DNA of 64,000 nucleotides from a virus (lineage: Duplodnaviria > Heunggongvirae > Uroviricota > Caudoviricetes). The position numbers and the translations under genes are program-made. The first letter of the stretch is position 1. The number at the start of each line of letters is the position of its first letter. This document shows, in pieces, positions 9,811-19,879 of this stretch. The notes beneath the pieces were generated by a model that saw nothing but the letters and a program-made list of their open reading frames with translations, had not been told where the DNA came from and searched no databases. The stretch covers positions 10,995 to 74,994 of the IMG/VR virus record IMGVR_UViG_3300021963_008171, one strand, 5' to 3'.

Positions 9811-10185
9811 ATGAAAAAATCACTAATCTTCTCAATCTGCGTTATTCTATTTGCAGGATGTACAAAAGACGACATGCTAATTCCTATGCAGGAACAAATT
9901 AAACCAGAGCTTGCTATTCAAAACAGCGTGGGTATTAAATTAGAAACCCCATTTGTTTCCAAGGAAGTTTCAATGAACGTAAAATTGGAAAAGGAAGGTA
10001 CTGTAGTTATTAAAATAACTGACATATCAAATAGAGTTGTATCTAAGGAACAGGTTAATGTAAAGGCTGGAGATAATCTATTGAAAGTTTATACCTCTGC
10101 TTTACCATCTTCTTCATATAGAATTGGTATCTACGACTCTAGTAACAATCTTCTAGGAATAACAGACTTTAATAAGATAAACTAA
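9811..10185 (+). CDS. small lipoprotein
   Basis: Lipobox LFAGC. Confidence 0.5.
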   Translation: MKKSLIFSICVILFAGCTKDDMLIPMQEQIKPELAIQNSVGIKLETPFVSKEVSMNVKLEKEGTVVIKITDISNRVVSKEQVNVKAGDNLLKVYTSALPSSSYRIGIYDSSNNLLGITDFNKIN

Positions 10186-10223
10186 AAGATTATCTTAAAA
10201 TATTTGAGGCGGAGAAAAATTGA

Positions 10224-11669
10224 ATGAAGAAATTATTATTGTTCCTTTTATTGGTAGTAGCATCCTTTGCTGCTAGTGCACAGACCTTCACCCAGACCTA
10301 TGTGGATAAATGTACTGGGGAGCTCAAAGTTGTGGTGTCTGCTCCTATGCCCAATGGTGGAGTAATGATTTCTTTTTATAATCAAATGAAGATATTCACG
10401 AATGCGCAGGTCAATGACGGAACGGTTCAAAAATGGCTGAATCAAGTTTATACTGATTATAATACAAGACCTTGTCCAGTAAGTACTGTTGCTGTACAAA
10501 CAGTTCAACAAACTGTTGCACAAGCGGCATCAGCTGCTGCATCTGCTGCAGCTTCTTCCGCAGCAAGTAATGCAGCTTCATCTGCAGCTAGTTCTTCGGC
10601 ATCAGCTGCTGCTTCATCGTCTGCAAGTAGCGCTGCAAGTTCTTCTGCATCATCTTCTGCTAGTGCTTCTGCTGGTTCATCCGCGGGTGCTTCTGCTGGT
10701 TCATCAGGAGGTCCTTCTTCTCAAAGCTCAGGCGGATCTTCAGGTTCATCTAGCTCTAACGGGGAAAGTAAAAGTAGTGGATCATCATCAGGAGAATCAA
10801 AATCTGAAAGTAAAGCTGAATCAAAATCTGAAAGTAAATCAGAATCAAAATCCGAAAGTAAAAGTGAGGAGAAGAAAGAGGAAAGCAAATCTGAGAGTAA
10901 AAAAGAGGAGAAGAAAGAGGAGAATAAAAAAGAAGAAGAGAAGAAAAAAGAGGAGGAGAAAAAGAAAGAAGAGGAAAAGAAGAAGAAAGAAGAGGAAAAG
11001 AAGAAGAAACAATCCGTTAGTAATCCCACACTAGTTGCTTCCGATCTTGCAGTAACACAAGGAAATGACGGTAGATATTCTGCTATGATATCAACAGGTA
11101 TAAGCAAATCTTCCATGACGGGAACGGAAAGTTGGGGATTAACATCCATGATATGGACAACATTTGATCAATTTGCTTTGAATGGCGGATACACTAAAAT
11201 GAATTTCGAAAAAGGCAAATTAAAGAACATAGATTCATATTCTATGACATTAGCATACCTTCAGGGAAATATCATGATTATGCAGGGTTATACGCACATT
11301 AAACCGGATCCTAAGATAGGTACTTATGGATTTAACGTAGGAGTTGTTAGCTTATTATTAAAGGATGGAAATAAGTATACCTATTCTGCTTCTTTTTCGT
11401 CCATCGGATTTTGGACAAAGATTTATCAGGTAAATAAAAAAACATCAATAGCTCCTCAGGTTTTCGTAACAAGCTCCCCGATATCATGGAATCCAAACAC
11501 CAATCAAACCTTGGTAAACAGACATTACGGATATATGACAGGGTTTTCGTATGACTACAAATTAACTGGAAGATTCGGGCTTAATCTAAATTATAGATTT
11601 TCTGGATCAACCCAAGCGGGAACACCGATATTGCATAATTTTATGATAGGATCGAGGATTATGCTGTAG
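10224..11669 (+). CDS. secreted protein with long low-complexity linker and beta-barrel-like C-terminal domain
   Basis: Signal peptide ...ASAQ. The linker has an Ala/Ser-rich stretch, (SESK)n and (EEKKK)n tracts. The C-terminal ~200 aa resemble the 8301 protein (…FMIGSRIML versus …FMIGTNFQF). Confidence 0.55.
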   Translation: MKKLLLFLLLVVASFAASAQTFTQTYVDKCTGELKVVVSAPMPNGGVMISFYNQMKIFTNAQVNDGTVQKWLNQVYTDYNTRPCPVSTVAVQTVQQTVAQAASAAASAAASSAASNAASSAASSSASAAASSSASSAASSSASSSASASAGSSAGASAGSSGGPSSQSSGGSSGSSSSNGESKSSGSSSGESKSESKAESKSESKSESKSESKSEEKKEESKSESKKEEKKEENKKEEEKKKEEEKKKEEEKKKKEEEKKKKQSVSNPTLVASDLAVTQGNDGRYSAMISTGISKSSMTGTESWGLTSMIWTTFDQFALNGGYTKMNFEKGKLKNIDSYSMTLAYLQGNIMIMQGYTHIKPDPKIGTYGFNVGVVSLLLKDGNKYTYSASFSSIGFWTKIYQVNKKTSIAPQVFVTSSPISWNPNTNQTLVNRHYGYMTGFSYDYKLTGRFGLNLNYRFSGSTQAGTPILHNFMIGSRIML

Positions 11670-11675
11670 AAAAAA

Positions 11676-11707
11676 GATATATAAAGTTGAAAAAATCCTC
11701 ATTCCGT
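11676..11707 (+). repeat. conserved leader element (copy 2)
   Basis: GATATATAAAGTTGAAAAAATCCTCATTCCGT followed by the AGAAAT/ATTTCT hairpin. About 135 nt upstream of the ATG at 11844. Confidence 0.6.
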
Positions 11708-11843
11708 TAGCAAGAAATCTACATTTCTTCGTACGTCTTTTCAAAACTAGCTGGCTTATTGCCGGAAACCTGTATGAAAGGCGGGTCTCAACTTTGAGTA
11801 TTTTTTCTAGGTATTAAAAAAAACCGAATATAAAATAAACAAA

Positions 11844-12158
11844 ATGAGCGAAGAAACAGAAAACGACGGAACCTGGTCAGGTTTAAAAAAGACAATCGTA
11901 GGAGTACTTGGTACAGTAGTAACTGCAGGTGGAGTATTTTTAACTACACTATTAGGAGGCGGAGATAAAGACGAAGCCCCAGCACCAGCAGCCCCAGTAA
12001 TTAACATCACAAACTCAAATCAACAGCAACAAGCAGCAGGAAAAACCGTGATTATTCAGGGTGGCAACAATGGCGGAACAGGCAAACCAGCAGCTCCAGC
12101 TCCAGCACCTAAGAAGAAAGAAGGTGATGAGTTTAAAGAGGAAGCACCAAAATGGTAA
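11844..12158 (+). CDS. hypothetical protein (Gly/Ala/Pro-rich, one TM)
   Basis: 104-aa ORF. Confidence 0.4.
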   Translation: MSEETENDGTWSGLKKTIVGVLGTVVTAGGVFLTTLLGGGDKDEAPAPAAPVINITNSNQQQQAAGKTVIIQGGNNGGTGKPAAPAPAPKKKEGDEFKEEAPKW

Positions 12159-12334
12159 ATATGGAACAAGGGCTAAGTTTCATAGCAGTAGTTGCAGTAT
12201 GTTCAATAGCTATGTTTGTATTTAATTCACCAATAATGTTTTTAACATCTTTTATAATTGGATGTAGCTACTTGGTATTAAGAGGGAGAAAAAAGGGGTG
12301 GAGATTACCCAAAGATATAAAAAATACACATTAA
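12152..12334 (+). CDS. small membrane protein
   Basis: 60 aa with two hydrophobic segments. Confidence 0.35.
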   Translation: MVNMEQGLSFIAVVAVCSIAMFVFNSPIMFLTSFIIGCSYLVLRGRKKGWRLPKDIKNTH

Positions 12335-12348
12335 TAGAATAAATTAAA

Positions 12349-12918
12349 ATGGCAGAAAAAAATCAACAACCAAGTGGATTTAAAGACCTATTAAACTCGA
12401 TGATGACCCGCAGATGGTACATCACCGCATTAGTGTTAGGCGGATTTATGCTAATACTAGCAGGAATGTTTGCAGCTATAGGAATAGGAACCAAAATGGC
12501 AGGAGAATGGAAAGAGCTTCTTCTTTTATTATTAGGGGCTTTTATTGGCTCTTATGGTAAGATTATAGACTACTGGTTCTCAGATACCGACAAAGACAAG
12601 ATGCTAGTTCAGAAGATGGACGAAGAAGATGGAACTACTTTATCTCATACTAATGACATGAAGGAAACTAACAAGCCATACGCACCAACTATCCCTGATG
12701 CATTTGTTGCAGGAGCACAAGCTGCTAGAGAATTAGCAGTGGTTGAAAATCAGCAAAATTTTGAATTGGCTAAGGATCAACAAGAGCACGAGCAGGAAAT
12801 GGAAAAGCTTGAATATGAATCTCATAGACAATGCGAGCATGAATGGGGTGATTCCGATAATGATGGAGAACTTGAATGTCAAAAATGCGGATTGTTAAAA
12901 GACAATTTCGAGGGTTAA
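12349..12918 (+). CDS. membrane protein with C-terminal Cys-x-Cys zinc-ribbon-like tail
   Basis: Two TM segments and ...ECQKCGLLKDNFEG. Confidence 0.4.
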   Translation: MAEKNQQPSGFKDLLNSMMTRRWYITALVLGGFMLILAGMFAAIGIGTKMAGEWKELLLLLLGAFIGSYGKIIDYWFSDTDKDKMLVQKMDEEDGTTLSHTNDMKETNKPYAPTIPDAFVAGAQAARELAVVENQQNFELAKDQQEHEQEMEKLEYESHRQCEHEWGDSDNDGELECQKCGLLKDNFEG

Positions 12919-12942
12919 TCCCAAACAATATAAAATAATAAC

Positions 12943-13197
12943 ATGACTTTTAAAGAATGGATCATAGATCTTTTTAAAGACGAAAGAGGAGCAATTTCAG
13001 TAAAACCTGTGATTGCATTTGTTGGATCATTATTCCTTTGCGGAACGATGTTAGCTAACTCTTTCAGTGAAGAGCATTTTAAACCAGCAGCAGAATTGGT
13101 GAATGCAGTAATGGTAATAACAGCAATCGGTATGGGCGCTGATACATTAGATAAATTCACTAAGAAAGCACCTGCGGACAAGCAAGAAGAAGCTTAA
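12943..13197 (+). CDS. hypothetical small membrane protein
   Basis: 84-aa ORF. Confidence 0.35.
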   Translation: MTFKEWIIDLFKDERGAISVKPVIAFVGSLFLCGTMLANSFSEEHFKPAAELVNAVMVITAIGMGADTLDKFTKKAPADKQEEA

Positions 13198-13203
13198 AGT
13201 TGA

Positions 13204-13225
13204 GGAACGGGTTAATCCCCGTTCC
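13204..13225. terminator. hairpin GGAACGGG-ttaatc-CCCGTTCC
   Basis: Perfect 8-bp stem just after the stop at 13197. No strong T-run. Confidence 0.3.
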
Positions 13226-13258
13226 CTTCAAATACAAATAAAACACGACTAAACCCCC

Positions 13259-13492
13259 ATGAAAAATCAATTAACAAAAGCAAGTGAATTTCTATTTCAC
13301 GTATACCTAAGACTTTGTCTGTGCTGGGTATTTTTTGCACTAGGAATACAGGTATTCTTTGTGTATTTACAAGTTAGCGATCAACAAGAAAGAATGCGTC
13401 AATATTCAAACGAATTCGAATGGAAATTTGACGGAAGATTTAAAAACAATCCAGAAAACATTATGTACGAAGGACCGACATCTGAAAAATAA
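13259..13492 (+). CDS. hypothetical membrane protein
   Basis: 77-aa ORF. Confidence 0.35.
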   Translation: MKNQLTKASEFLFHVYLRLCLCWVFFALGIQVFFVYLQVSDQQERMRQYSNEFEWKFDGRFKNNPENIMYEGPTSEK

Positions 13493-13502
13493 TTAGGAAA
13501 GA

Positions 13503-14240
13503 ATGAAAAAGCAAATATACAACATCTCAATACTGGTCATCGTTTTTATGATTGGTTTTGTTCTGACTACAAAAGCTCAGACTATAGGTAAAACGAAAAC
13601 TGAAGATTTTAAAGCGGACTTCGAAAAGAAGAAGGATATTTCAGCATATCTTGATTACGAGGGTCCAAAGAAAAATATTCAATTGTTAAAGTGCGGAATC
13701 AATGATGAAACGTACGAGGCATATCCAGAATTAAAAGAAAAAAGAGTAGGACTTGGTGTTACTAACATCGTATTAGAATATCTTGATAACCTAAATAGAT
13801 TCGAATTCACTGAGGATAAAACCGAGATTAAAAACAGAATGGTGAAGCAATTCCAAGCATCACAATCTGGAATTTCTGAAAACAAATTAGACGGTAGAGG
13901 AAAGATAAAGCTAGCACACTATTTTGTTGAAATTGAAGTCTATGATTATTCAGTATCTGAAGACGAGTCAATTAGTCTAAAGGATGGCATCAAAGATAAT
14001 CTTGTAACAAGATTGGGTCTTCAGGTTAGATTTACTAATGCAGAGACTGGAGCAATAATAGCAGCATCTGGATTAGGTGAGGCTAAAACAACTAGGGAAT
14101 TAACTCTTGTTGCTGATGCTTCTGTTGACCCTATTAAATTCAATCAATCTACAATTAGTATTTCAACCAAAAAAGCATTGGATATAGCATGTGCAAACAT
14201 TCTAGATAAGATGATTAGAAAGGGAGTATTCCCTCAATAA
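13503..14240 (+). CDS. secreted protein
   Basis: Signal peptide ...TKAQ; 245 aa. Confidence 0.45.
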   Translation: MKKQIYNISILVIVFMIGFVLTTKAQTIGKTKTEDFKADFEKKKDISAYLDYEGPKKNIQLLKCGINDETYEAYPELKEKRVGLGVTNIVLEYLDNLNRFEFTEDKTEIKNRMVKQFQASQSGISENKLDGRGKIKLAHYFVEIEVYDYSVSEDESISLKDGIKDNLVTRLGLQVRFTNAETGAIIAASGLGEAKTTRELTLVADASVDPIKFNQSTISISTKKALDIACANILDKMIRKGVFPQ

Positions 14241-14293
14241 ATTTAGGTATAGCTTAAAACACTATGCTTTAGTTACACGACCTAAAGTATAAA

Positions 14294-14941
14294 ATGAACT
14301 TAAAACACGACAATTCCTCACTTAACACCATAGTAGTGGTGTTCTTTCTAGCAATCTCACAACTATTCTACAGCTGTAAGAATAACAGTTCCCCTAGGAA
14401 AGTATCCGATAAAGATAAAGCATCAATAAGTAAAGGATTGTCAGATACAACATTTATTCACGACACCGTGTATGTGGATAATTTAATTCCGTTCGAAGTT
14501 TTAAGGGACACCATAATTTATAGAGATGTCCCGGCTATCGTTGACACTGCTGCGATATTGGGAATGTATAATGTTAAAAAAGTTAAAATCGATACACTCA
14601 AGCTTGATTATGGCTATATCACAGTGGTTGATACTGTTTCTGGAGGTAATATCCTATCTAGAAAATATTTCTCTAAGATTAAGGTACCTGTTAAAGAGAG
14701 GATCGAAAAGATAAAAGAAGAACCTAGGGGTAATCTGTATTTAGGCCTGAATGGGGGTTTAGATAAACCTAACTATGTTTACTCCCTGGGGACTTCTTTT
14801 CTCTATAAAACACCTAAGGATAAAATTTACGAACTTGGTATAGGGGTTTGGAATATGACATCTAATGGAATAGATGGCCAATTCATTCCGTATGTAAAAG
14901 GAGGGGTTTACTGGAAGGTTAACCTCAAAGGGAAGAAATAA
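14294..14941 (+). CDS. secreted/lipoprotein-like protein
   Basis: N-terminal hydrophobic segment with ...FYSC; 215 aa. Confidence 0.4.
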   Translation: MNLKHDNSSLNTIVVVFFLAISQLFYSCKNNSSPRKVSDKDKASISKGLSDTTFIHDTVYVDNLIPFEVLRDTIIYRDVPAIVDTAAILGMYNVKKVKIDTLKLDYGYITVVDTVSGGNILSRKYFSKIKVPVKERIEKIKEEPRGNLYLGLNGGLDKPNYVYSLGTSFLYKTPKDKIYELGIGVWNMTSNGIDGQFIPYVKGGVYWKVNLKGKK

Positions 14942-15000
14942 TTTGCCATATTTAAATCGAATTATTTCCTGCATAATGATCTATAATCACTAAAAAATGT

Positions 15001-15237
15001 ATGGAAATTAAATCAAGTCCCCTTAATTGCACATTAGTTTTTGATTTTTCCGTGAACGATAAGAGCTTTAATGTTTCTCTTTATCAGGATCTAATCACCA
15101 ACGACAAATCCGTAATAGTCTTAAATCCTGATGGAACAGATGTTGATGATGTTGCATTATGCGATCTTATTGCTAAATATGCTATAGATAAATATAGTAT
15201 CACTTATGATCCGGGTACTGAGGATAACGAGGATTAA
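15001..15237 (+). CDS. hypothetical acidic protein
   Basis: 78-aa ORF. Confidence 0.35.
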   Translation: MEIKSSPLNCTLVFDFSVNDKSFNVSLYQDLITNDKSVIVLNPDGTDVDDVALCDLIAKYAIDKYSITYDPGTEDNED

Positions 15238-15255
15238 TCAATTTAAAAATAGGTT

Positions 15256-15810
15256 ATGATTTTAGAACAAGAAGATTTCTTATCGGAGCAGGATTGCGAT
15301 AAATTAATAGAATTAGCTCGACCCCAACTTTTCAAAACAACAACTTTGGGAAAACCTGTCGATGGATACAGAGTAGCAGAGGGAGCATGGCTTATGTCGA
15401 CAGAAGAAACTGTGTGCAAATTTAGATGCTTAGTATCAGATCTTGTTGGAATTCCAGAGGAGAACATGGAGGGAACACACATAGTTAAATATGAAATAGG
15501 AGGAGAGTATAAGGTTCATCACGATTTTTTCCATCCCAATGAAGGATATTATGATAGGGAAGTAACACAGAGAGGTGGACAGAGAACTAAAACCGCTCTG
15601 GTTTATCTTAATGACGATTTCAAGGGCGGGTCCACTGAATTTCCACAAAAAGAAAGAATTATCACACCAAGGAAAGGAAAATTAGTAGTCTGGTCAAATC
15701 TTAACGAAGATGGAACTTTAGATTTTACAAGTCTTCATGCGGGACTTCCTGTCGAAGAAGGAACAAAATATATTGCAGTAATCTGGATCAGGGAAAATAA
15801 ATTCAGATAA
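15256..15810 (+). CDS. prolyl 4-hydroxylase-like 2OG-Fe(II) oxygenase
   Basis: HHDFF...ALVYLNDDFKGGSTEF...LHAG pattern of the P4Hc family (His-x-Asp...His). Confidence 0.7.
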   Translation: MILEQEDFLSEQDCDKLIELARPQLFKTTTLGKPVDGYRVAEGAWLMSTEETVCKFRCLVSDLVGIPEENMEGTHIVKYEIGGEYKVHHDFFHPNEGYYDREVTQRGGQRTKTALVYLNDDFKGGSTEFPQKERIITPRKGKLVVWSNLNEDGTLDFTSLHAGLPVEEGTKYIAVIWIRENKFR

Positions 15811-15862
15811 ACATTTTTTTACTGACTGTACTATTTTTACATTTGTAGAAAATCATTATACC

Positions 15863-16285
15863 TTGGGGCACGACATAACAGCAACATCGAAAAAATCTGG
15901 AGAAAGACTTTCATATATTAGTATAAGTGCATTCAACCAGTGTAAATCCTGGATCTTATATGAATCCCTAAATTGTAATGAATTCAATTCCGGGGTTTCC
16001 GGTAATGGAGGATCTAAGATTATTCAAGAGAATGATATAAAAATCTCACTATCGAAGTTTAAATATTTGGCAACTGAGCCTATCCAAGAAATGGAATCTG
16101 CCGTTGTTTCTTCCAAGCCATGTAAATCAGCATCTGGGGTTTTAAAAAAAGTTCTGAGTGCCCTTGGATCTAAACCCGATCGGGGAGATATTAAAACTAA
16201 CCTCGACACAGAATCTTTGAAGGACGTCGAGAGATTCCTAACAGAAATACAGGATTCCGGGGAAATAGTCATAGATTTCCTCTAA
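15863..16285 (+). CDS. hypothetical protein
   Basis: 140-aa ORF with a TAcaTTTG box upstream at about 15838. The antisense ORF 16024..16272 is likely spurious. Confidence 0.4.
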   Translation: MGHDITATSKKSGERLSYISISAFNQCKSWILYESLNCNEFNSGVSGNGGSKIIQENDIKISLSKFKYLATEPIQEMESAVVSSKPCKSASGVLKKVLSALGSKPDRGDIKTNLDTESLKDVERFLTEIQDSGEIVIDFL

Positions 16286-16368
16286 ACCCTCATTTTTACC
16301 CCATTTTTGAAACCTTTTTGTTTGCCTGTACTATAATATGTATATTTTAACAAACTAAATTTAAAAAA

Positions 16369-16569
16369 ATGGCAAACACAAAAAAGGCGGTAAAACGCAA
16401 AAACATGGTCCCAGTGGTACAAATGACTCCGGGTGGAAGAAAGTTAAAGAAGTATTCTTCTATTCGTGAGGCAGCAACATCAACAGGCACAGACGCAAGT
16501 AATATCTCAAAAGTTACTAGAGGCGTTTATAAAACTGCTGGTGGATTCCGTTGGCAAACCTCAAAGTAG
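16369..16569 (+). CDS. small DNA-binding protein, NUMOD1-like HTH (homing-endonuclease-type)
   Basis: ...SSIREAATSTGTDASNISKVTRGVYKTAGGFRWQ resembles the C-terminal HTH of GIY-YIG/HNH homing endonucleases. Confidence 0.5.
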   Translation: MANTKKAVKRKNMVPVVQMTPGGRKLKKYSSIREAATSTGTDASNISKVTRGVYKTAGGFRWQTSK

Positions 16570-16580
16570 TTTAAAACTAA

Positions 16581-16616
16581 ATACGGGACTTCATCATTTT
16601 TTTTGGAGTCCCGTAT
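16581..16616. terminator. 10-bp perfect hairpin ATACGGGACT ... AGTCCCGTAT with a T-rich loop
   Basis: Sits immediately after the stop at 16569. Confidence 0.4.
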
Positions 16617-16634
16617 TGTTTATCCCTATCCCAG

Positions 16635-17333
16635 ATGATATACGATTTTCATGGAAATTTTTCTGAGATCTATCCGATACCAAAGGATTCTTTAAAAAGA
16701 CCAGACAGGGAAAGATGGGGGTATTATTGGGATTTTGAAGATTATATAATAGAGCATGAGCCCGGCAGGGGATTATCAATACAGGGAATTCTTTTGACCG
16801 ATCCTGATGATTTTAAACTGTTCTCTGGTTTATTTCAAAGAGCATTTAGGATGTCAACGATAAATGCAAAGCTGAAAAATTTTCACATTGTAAATTTCAC
16901 GGATTTTGATGATTCTCCAGAATTTGAATCATCCTATATAAGCAACTCCGTATCTGGTCTGAGCTCTGAGATAGATGAAAAGATAGAAAGAATGGGAAAT
17001 CTCTTTGAAGAGATCAGGAATTCAATTAAAAGAAGGGATGGGGTTTGGATATCCCTTTGTCCATATTGGACTGATTTAATCCACGAGGAGACCCAAAGAT
17101 TCTGGGGGGACGACATAAAGGTTTTTAGACTTCCAGTAGAGTATTCCCCTATGAATTTCAAAGAGCTTTGGGAAGAGCTTGATGTTATGGGAGGTCTTAG
17201 ATTTGAAAAAGATATGATGTGGGAGGATTTCTCATTCATGTACCCACAATTTGTCAAATACTTAGATCCGGAGATTAGACAGAGGATAGACACAGATTTT
17301 CTGGGAACAAGCTCAGAATACGGACTCCTGTAG
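16635..17333 (+). CDS. hypothetical protein
   Basis: 232-aa ORF. Confidence 0.45.
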   Translation: MIYDFHGNFSEIYPIPKDSLKRPDRERWGYYWDFEDYIIEHEPGRGLSIQGILLTDPDDFKLFSGLFQRAFRMSTINAKLKNFHIVNFTDFDDSPEFESSYISNSVSGLSSEIDEKIERMGNLFEEIRNSIKRRDGVWISLCPYWTDLIHEETQRFWGDDIKVFRLPVEYSPMNFKELWEELDVMGGLRFEKDMMWEDFSFMYPQFVKYLDPEIRQRIDTDFLGTSSEYGLL

Positions 17334-17528
17334 AAGAAAGGATAGATACAGCAAGATGGAAAGGATATAGCATTAATTAAACAGCCATTTAACAATTAGT
17401 TAGGTGATTTTTAATAAATCTTCTATCCCAAAATTCCATCCTCCCCAATTTATCGGCACATAAAACGGCAATCCAGAGAAATCCAGATTGCTACAAATGA
17501 TGACCTTGGGGATCATATAAAACAATAG

Positions 17529-17966
17529 ATGGAAGAGAAAGAATTGAGTGGGAAGGTAGTAACTACCACAGAAACAGACGAAAGTGTGGAATCAACACAC
17601 GAAACTACCTCGAGCAAAGGTAAAATGACAGACTTAGATGTTGCTAAGAAAATGATCAATTTAAAACAAAGCGCAGATGCTAGAAACATTAAATTTGATT
17701 TATCCTTCACAACATTAAAGAAACTGATGGAGCAGAAAAAATGCTTCTATACAGGAAGGGTTTTAGATCCAAGAGGGGATTATGCATTAAGCATAGACAG
17801 AATCGATAACAAATTAGGATATGTGGAAGGTAACGTCGTTTCCTGTACTGTTGAAATAAACAGAAAGAAAACCGACATTACATTGGATGAAATTGAAATG
17901 ATCTATAAGGCTATAAAAAAAGCCAAAAAAGGAATTTTTGAATCTGATGAAAACGGAGATAACTAG
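17529..17966 (+). CDS. HNH_3-type endonuclease-like protein
   Basis: ...LSIDRIDNKLGYVEGNVVSCTVEINRKK matches the HNH_3 pattern. Confidence 0.5.
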   Translation: MEEKELSGKVVTTTETDESVESTHETTSSKGKMTDLDVAKKMINLKQSADARNIKFDLSFTTLKKLMEQKKCFYTGRVLDPRGDYALSIDRIDNKLGYVEGNVVSCTVEINRKKTDITLDEIEMIYKAIKKAKKGIFESDENGDN

Positions 17967-18375
17967 GGAGAACGTTGAAAAATCGTTTTTAAGTATGCTC
18001 GGATTAGAGTCCGGAGAGATTCTTTTTGAATCTCTCTGGAATCATTTTGTTGACCGGGGAGATTTTATTAATGTTGTTCTTTTAGACGGAAGTCCTCTTT
18101 ATAATAGCGAGGGATATCATTTAAAGCCAGTCTATTTGGATCCTGAAACCAGCGATAGCACGTATGATATATTTTATACGCCTTCGGAAATACCTGAGAA
18201 ATTCAGGGGCAAGATTGGTAATTACTACTATATCACAGGGAAAATAAGATTTATGGACGATGGTGGTCCCGCTTCAGATCTTATAGTATACGCAAGGAGA
18301 AAGAATAAAAACGGGGAATGGAAAAAATCCCACAATCAATTAATAGTCTATAAAATAAGACAAAAAGAAGAATAG
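17938..18375 (+). CDS. hypothetical protein
   Basis: 145-aa ORF overlapping the previous stop. Confidence 0.4.
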   Translation: MNLMKTEITRENVEKSFLSMLGLESGEILFESLWNHFVDRGDFINVVLLDGSPLYNSEGYHLKPVYLDPETSDSTYDIFYTPSEIPEKFRGKIGNYYYITGKIRFMDDGGPASDLIVYARRKNKNGEWKKSHNQLIVYKIRQKEE

Positions 18376-18394
18376 AAATCTAAAGAAAAAGAAT

Positions 18395-18766
18395 ATGAAT
18401 ATTTCAGACATTAATTTAAAAAATGCCAGGATTATTCTAGATTGGTGCTACCAAAATCTGGGTAGATCAAAGTACAGACCATATTCCAAATTAAAGATTT
18501 CAATGTCAAGAAGCATAAATTGTAAGGGAATGTACGAGGAGGAAGGCGATTCAAGTACCATATACATTAATCCCAAAAGACACAGGAGCTTTAATGAATT
18601 CATAGACACCATGATTCACGAGTATATCCATTTCTTGCAAAGCCTAAGATACTACGATCAAATCATGGAGATAACTGGATACGACAAGCATCCGATGGAG
18701 CATTCCTCAAATCTGGTAGCGGACATTCTTAAGCACAGATGCAGAAAAGAGCTTTTCAGCCGCTAA
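18395..18766 (+). CDS. putative HExxH zinc-dependent protein (SprT-like)
   Basis: TMIHEYIHF motif. Confidence 0.4.
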   Translation: MNISDINLKNARIILDWCYQNLGRSKYRPYSKLKISMSRSINCKGMYEEEGDSSTIYINPKRHRSFNEFIDTMIHEYIHFLQSLRYYDQIMEITGYDKHPMEHSSNLVADILKHRCRKELFSR

Positions 18767-18819
18767 TTTTTTTATACCGGGATATTCCCCTATATTTACA
18801 TTCTAAATGGAAATATTTT

Positions 18820-19230
18820 ATGGATTCAAAAGGTAAACAATGGTCTTCTGAGGAGATCGATTTTCTGAAGAAAAATTACGAAGCGATGAAATTTAAGGAT
18901 CTTTCAGAAAGCCTCGAAAGAAGCATAGAAAGCATCAGATCTAAGTTAAAAAGAATGGGCCTTTCAAAGGAGGCAAAAACACCTGGACCTAAGAATACTA
19001 TTATAGTTAAGGGTCTGATAGGAAAGGCTGCTAAACCAGATCCCAAGAATGGAAGAATCCCGAGAAGTAGAAAACAGTTTGAAACACTAACTAACGATAA
19101 GAAAATGATTCCAGTTTATATAGATTCAAAAACCACGATCTATATAAAAGAAGGGGAGGATCCACAGGCTGCTAGGGAGAAGTACTTTGCTAGAATGGCA
19201 GAAAGAACAGCTCCAATAGTGCATTTTTAA
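18820..19230 (+). CDS. hypothetical protein (possible DNA-binding)
   Basis: ORF 18739..19230. The internal ATG at 18820 (MDSKGKQW...) avoids overlap with the previous gene. Confidence 0.4.
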   Translation: MDSKGKQWSSEEIDFLKKNYEAMKFKDLSESLERSIESIRSKLKRMGLSKEAKTPGPKNTIIVKGLIGKAAKPDPKNGRIPRSRKQFETLTNDKKMIPVYIDSKTTIYIKEGEDPQAAREKYFARMAERTAPIVHF

Positions 19231-19264
19231 TTATGAGTATCCTACCTTATCTTTGCATTAACAT

Positions 19265-19606
19265 ATGAAGGTATACCACATTTCGCCTAAAAGATTAAGA
19301 AAAAACATTTTACAAGAGGGATTAAAACCAACACTGGGACCTAGATCTAAAAGATTGGGAGAAAAAGAAGCTAAGCTTTTTTTCACCAAAGAATTAAATC
19401 ACTCTGTGGAATTGAGCAACAATAAAAGATTCAACAGACATCCGGATTTTTCTAACGGAATTGATATTTGGGAGATTAAGCTATCTGACAAAGTTAAAAT
19501 AGAAAATGATATGAAATTTAATGATGGATTCTACACTAGAGAAATAGTAGGTGTTCTTGATATAGAACTTGTGAAATCTTTCGAATGGATGGACAAACAA
19601 AACTAG
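19265..19606 (+). CDS. hypothetical protein
   Basis: 113-aa ORF. Confidence 0.4.
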   Translation: MKVYHISPKRLRKNILQEGLKPTLGPRSKRLGEKEAKLFFTKELNHSVELSNNKRFNRHPDFSNGIDIWEIKLSDKVKIENDMKFNDGFYTREIVGVLDIELVKSFEWMDKQN

Positions 19607-19610
19607 AATT

Positions 19611-19859
19611 ATGAAAAATTGGATAAAACATAAAAACAAAACGATAAATCTCAATAATGTTTTCTCGTACAGTAGTGGTTTATTCGAGAGATTAACAGAT
19701 TTTCAGAGCAATAAATCCGAGACTGTTTATTACATACAATTCGATTCAACTGGGAAAGAAAGTCAGCGATTCGAATTTGAATCTGCACAAGAAAGGGATG
19801 AATTCCTTACCCTCCTAGAAGATAAAATCAATGAAACTTCGGGTGATTCTGTGATATAA
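19611..19859 (+). CDS. hypothetical protein
   Basis: 82-aa ORF. Confidence 0.35.
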   Translation: MKNWIKHKNKTINLNNVFSYSSGLFERLTDFQSNKSETVYYIQFDSTGKESQRFEFESAQERDEFLTLLEDKINETSGDSVI

Positions 19860-19879
19860 TAAGCATATAACATGCTGTA

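Noticed and set aside
10248-11149. ORFs 10248..10523(-), 10489..11034(+), 10721..11149(-) overlapping the 10224..11669 gene
   Set aside because: They are alternative-frame artefacts of the low-complexity repeat DNA (poly-Lys/Arg or poly-Ser/Phe translations). The signal-peptide-bearing frame is the coherent one.
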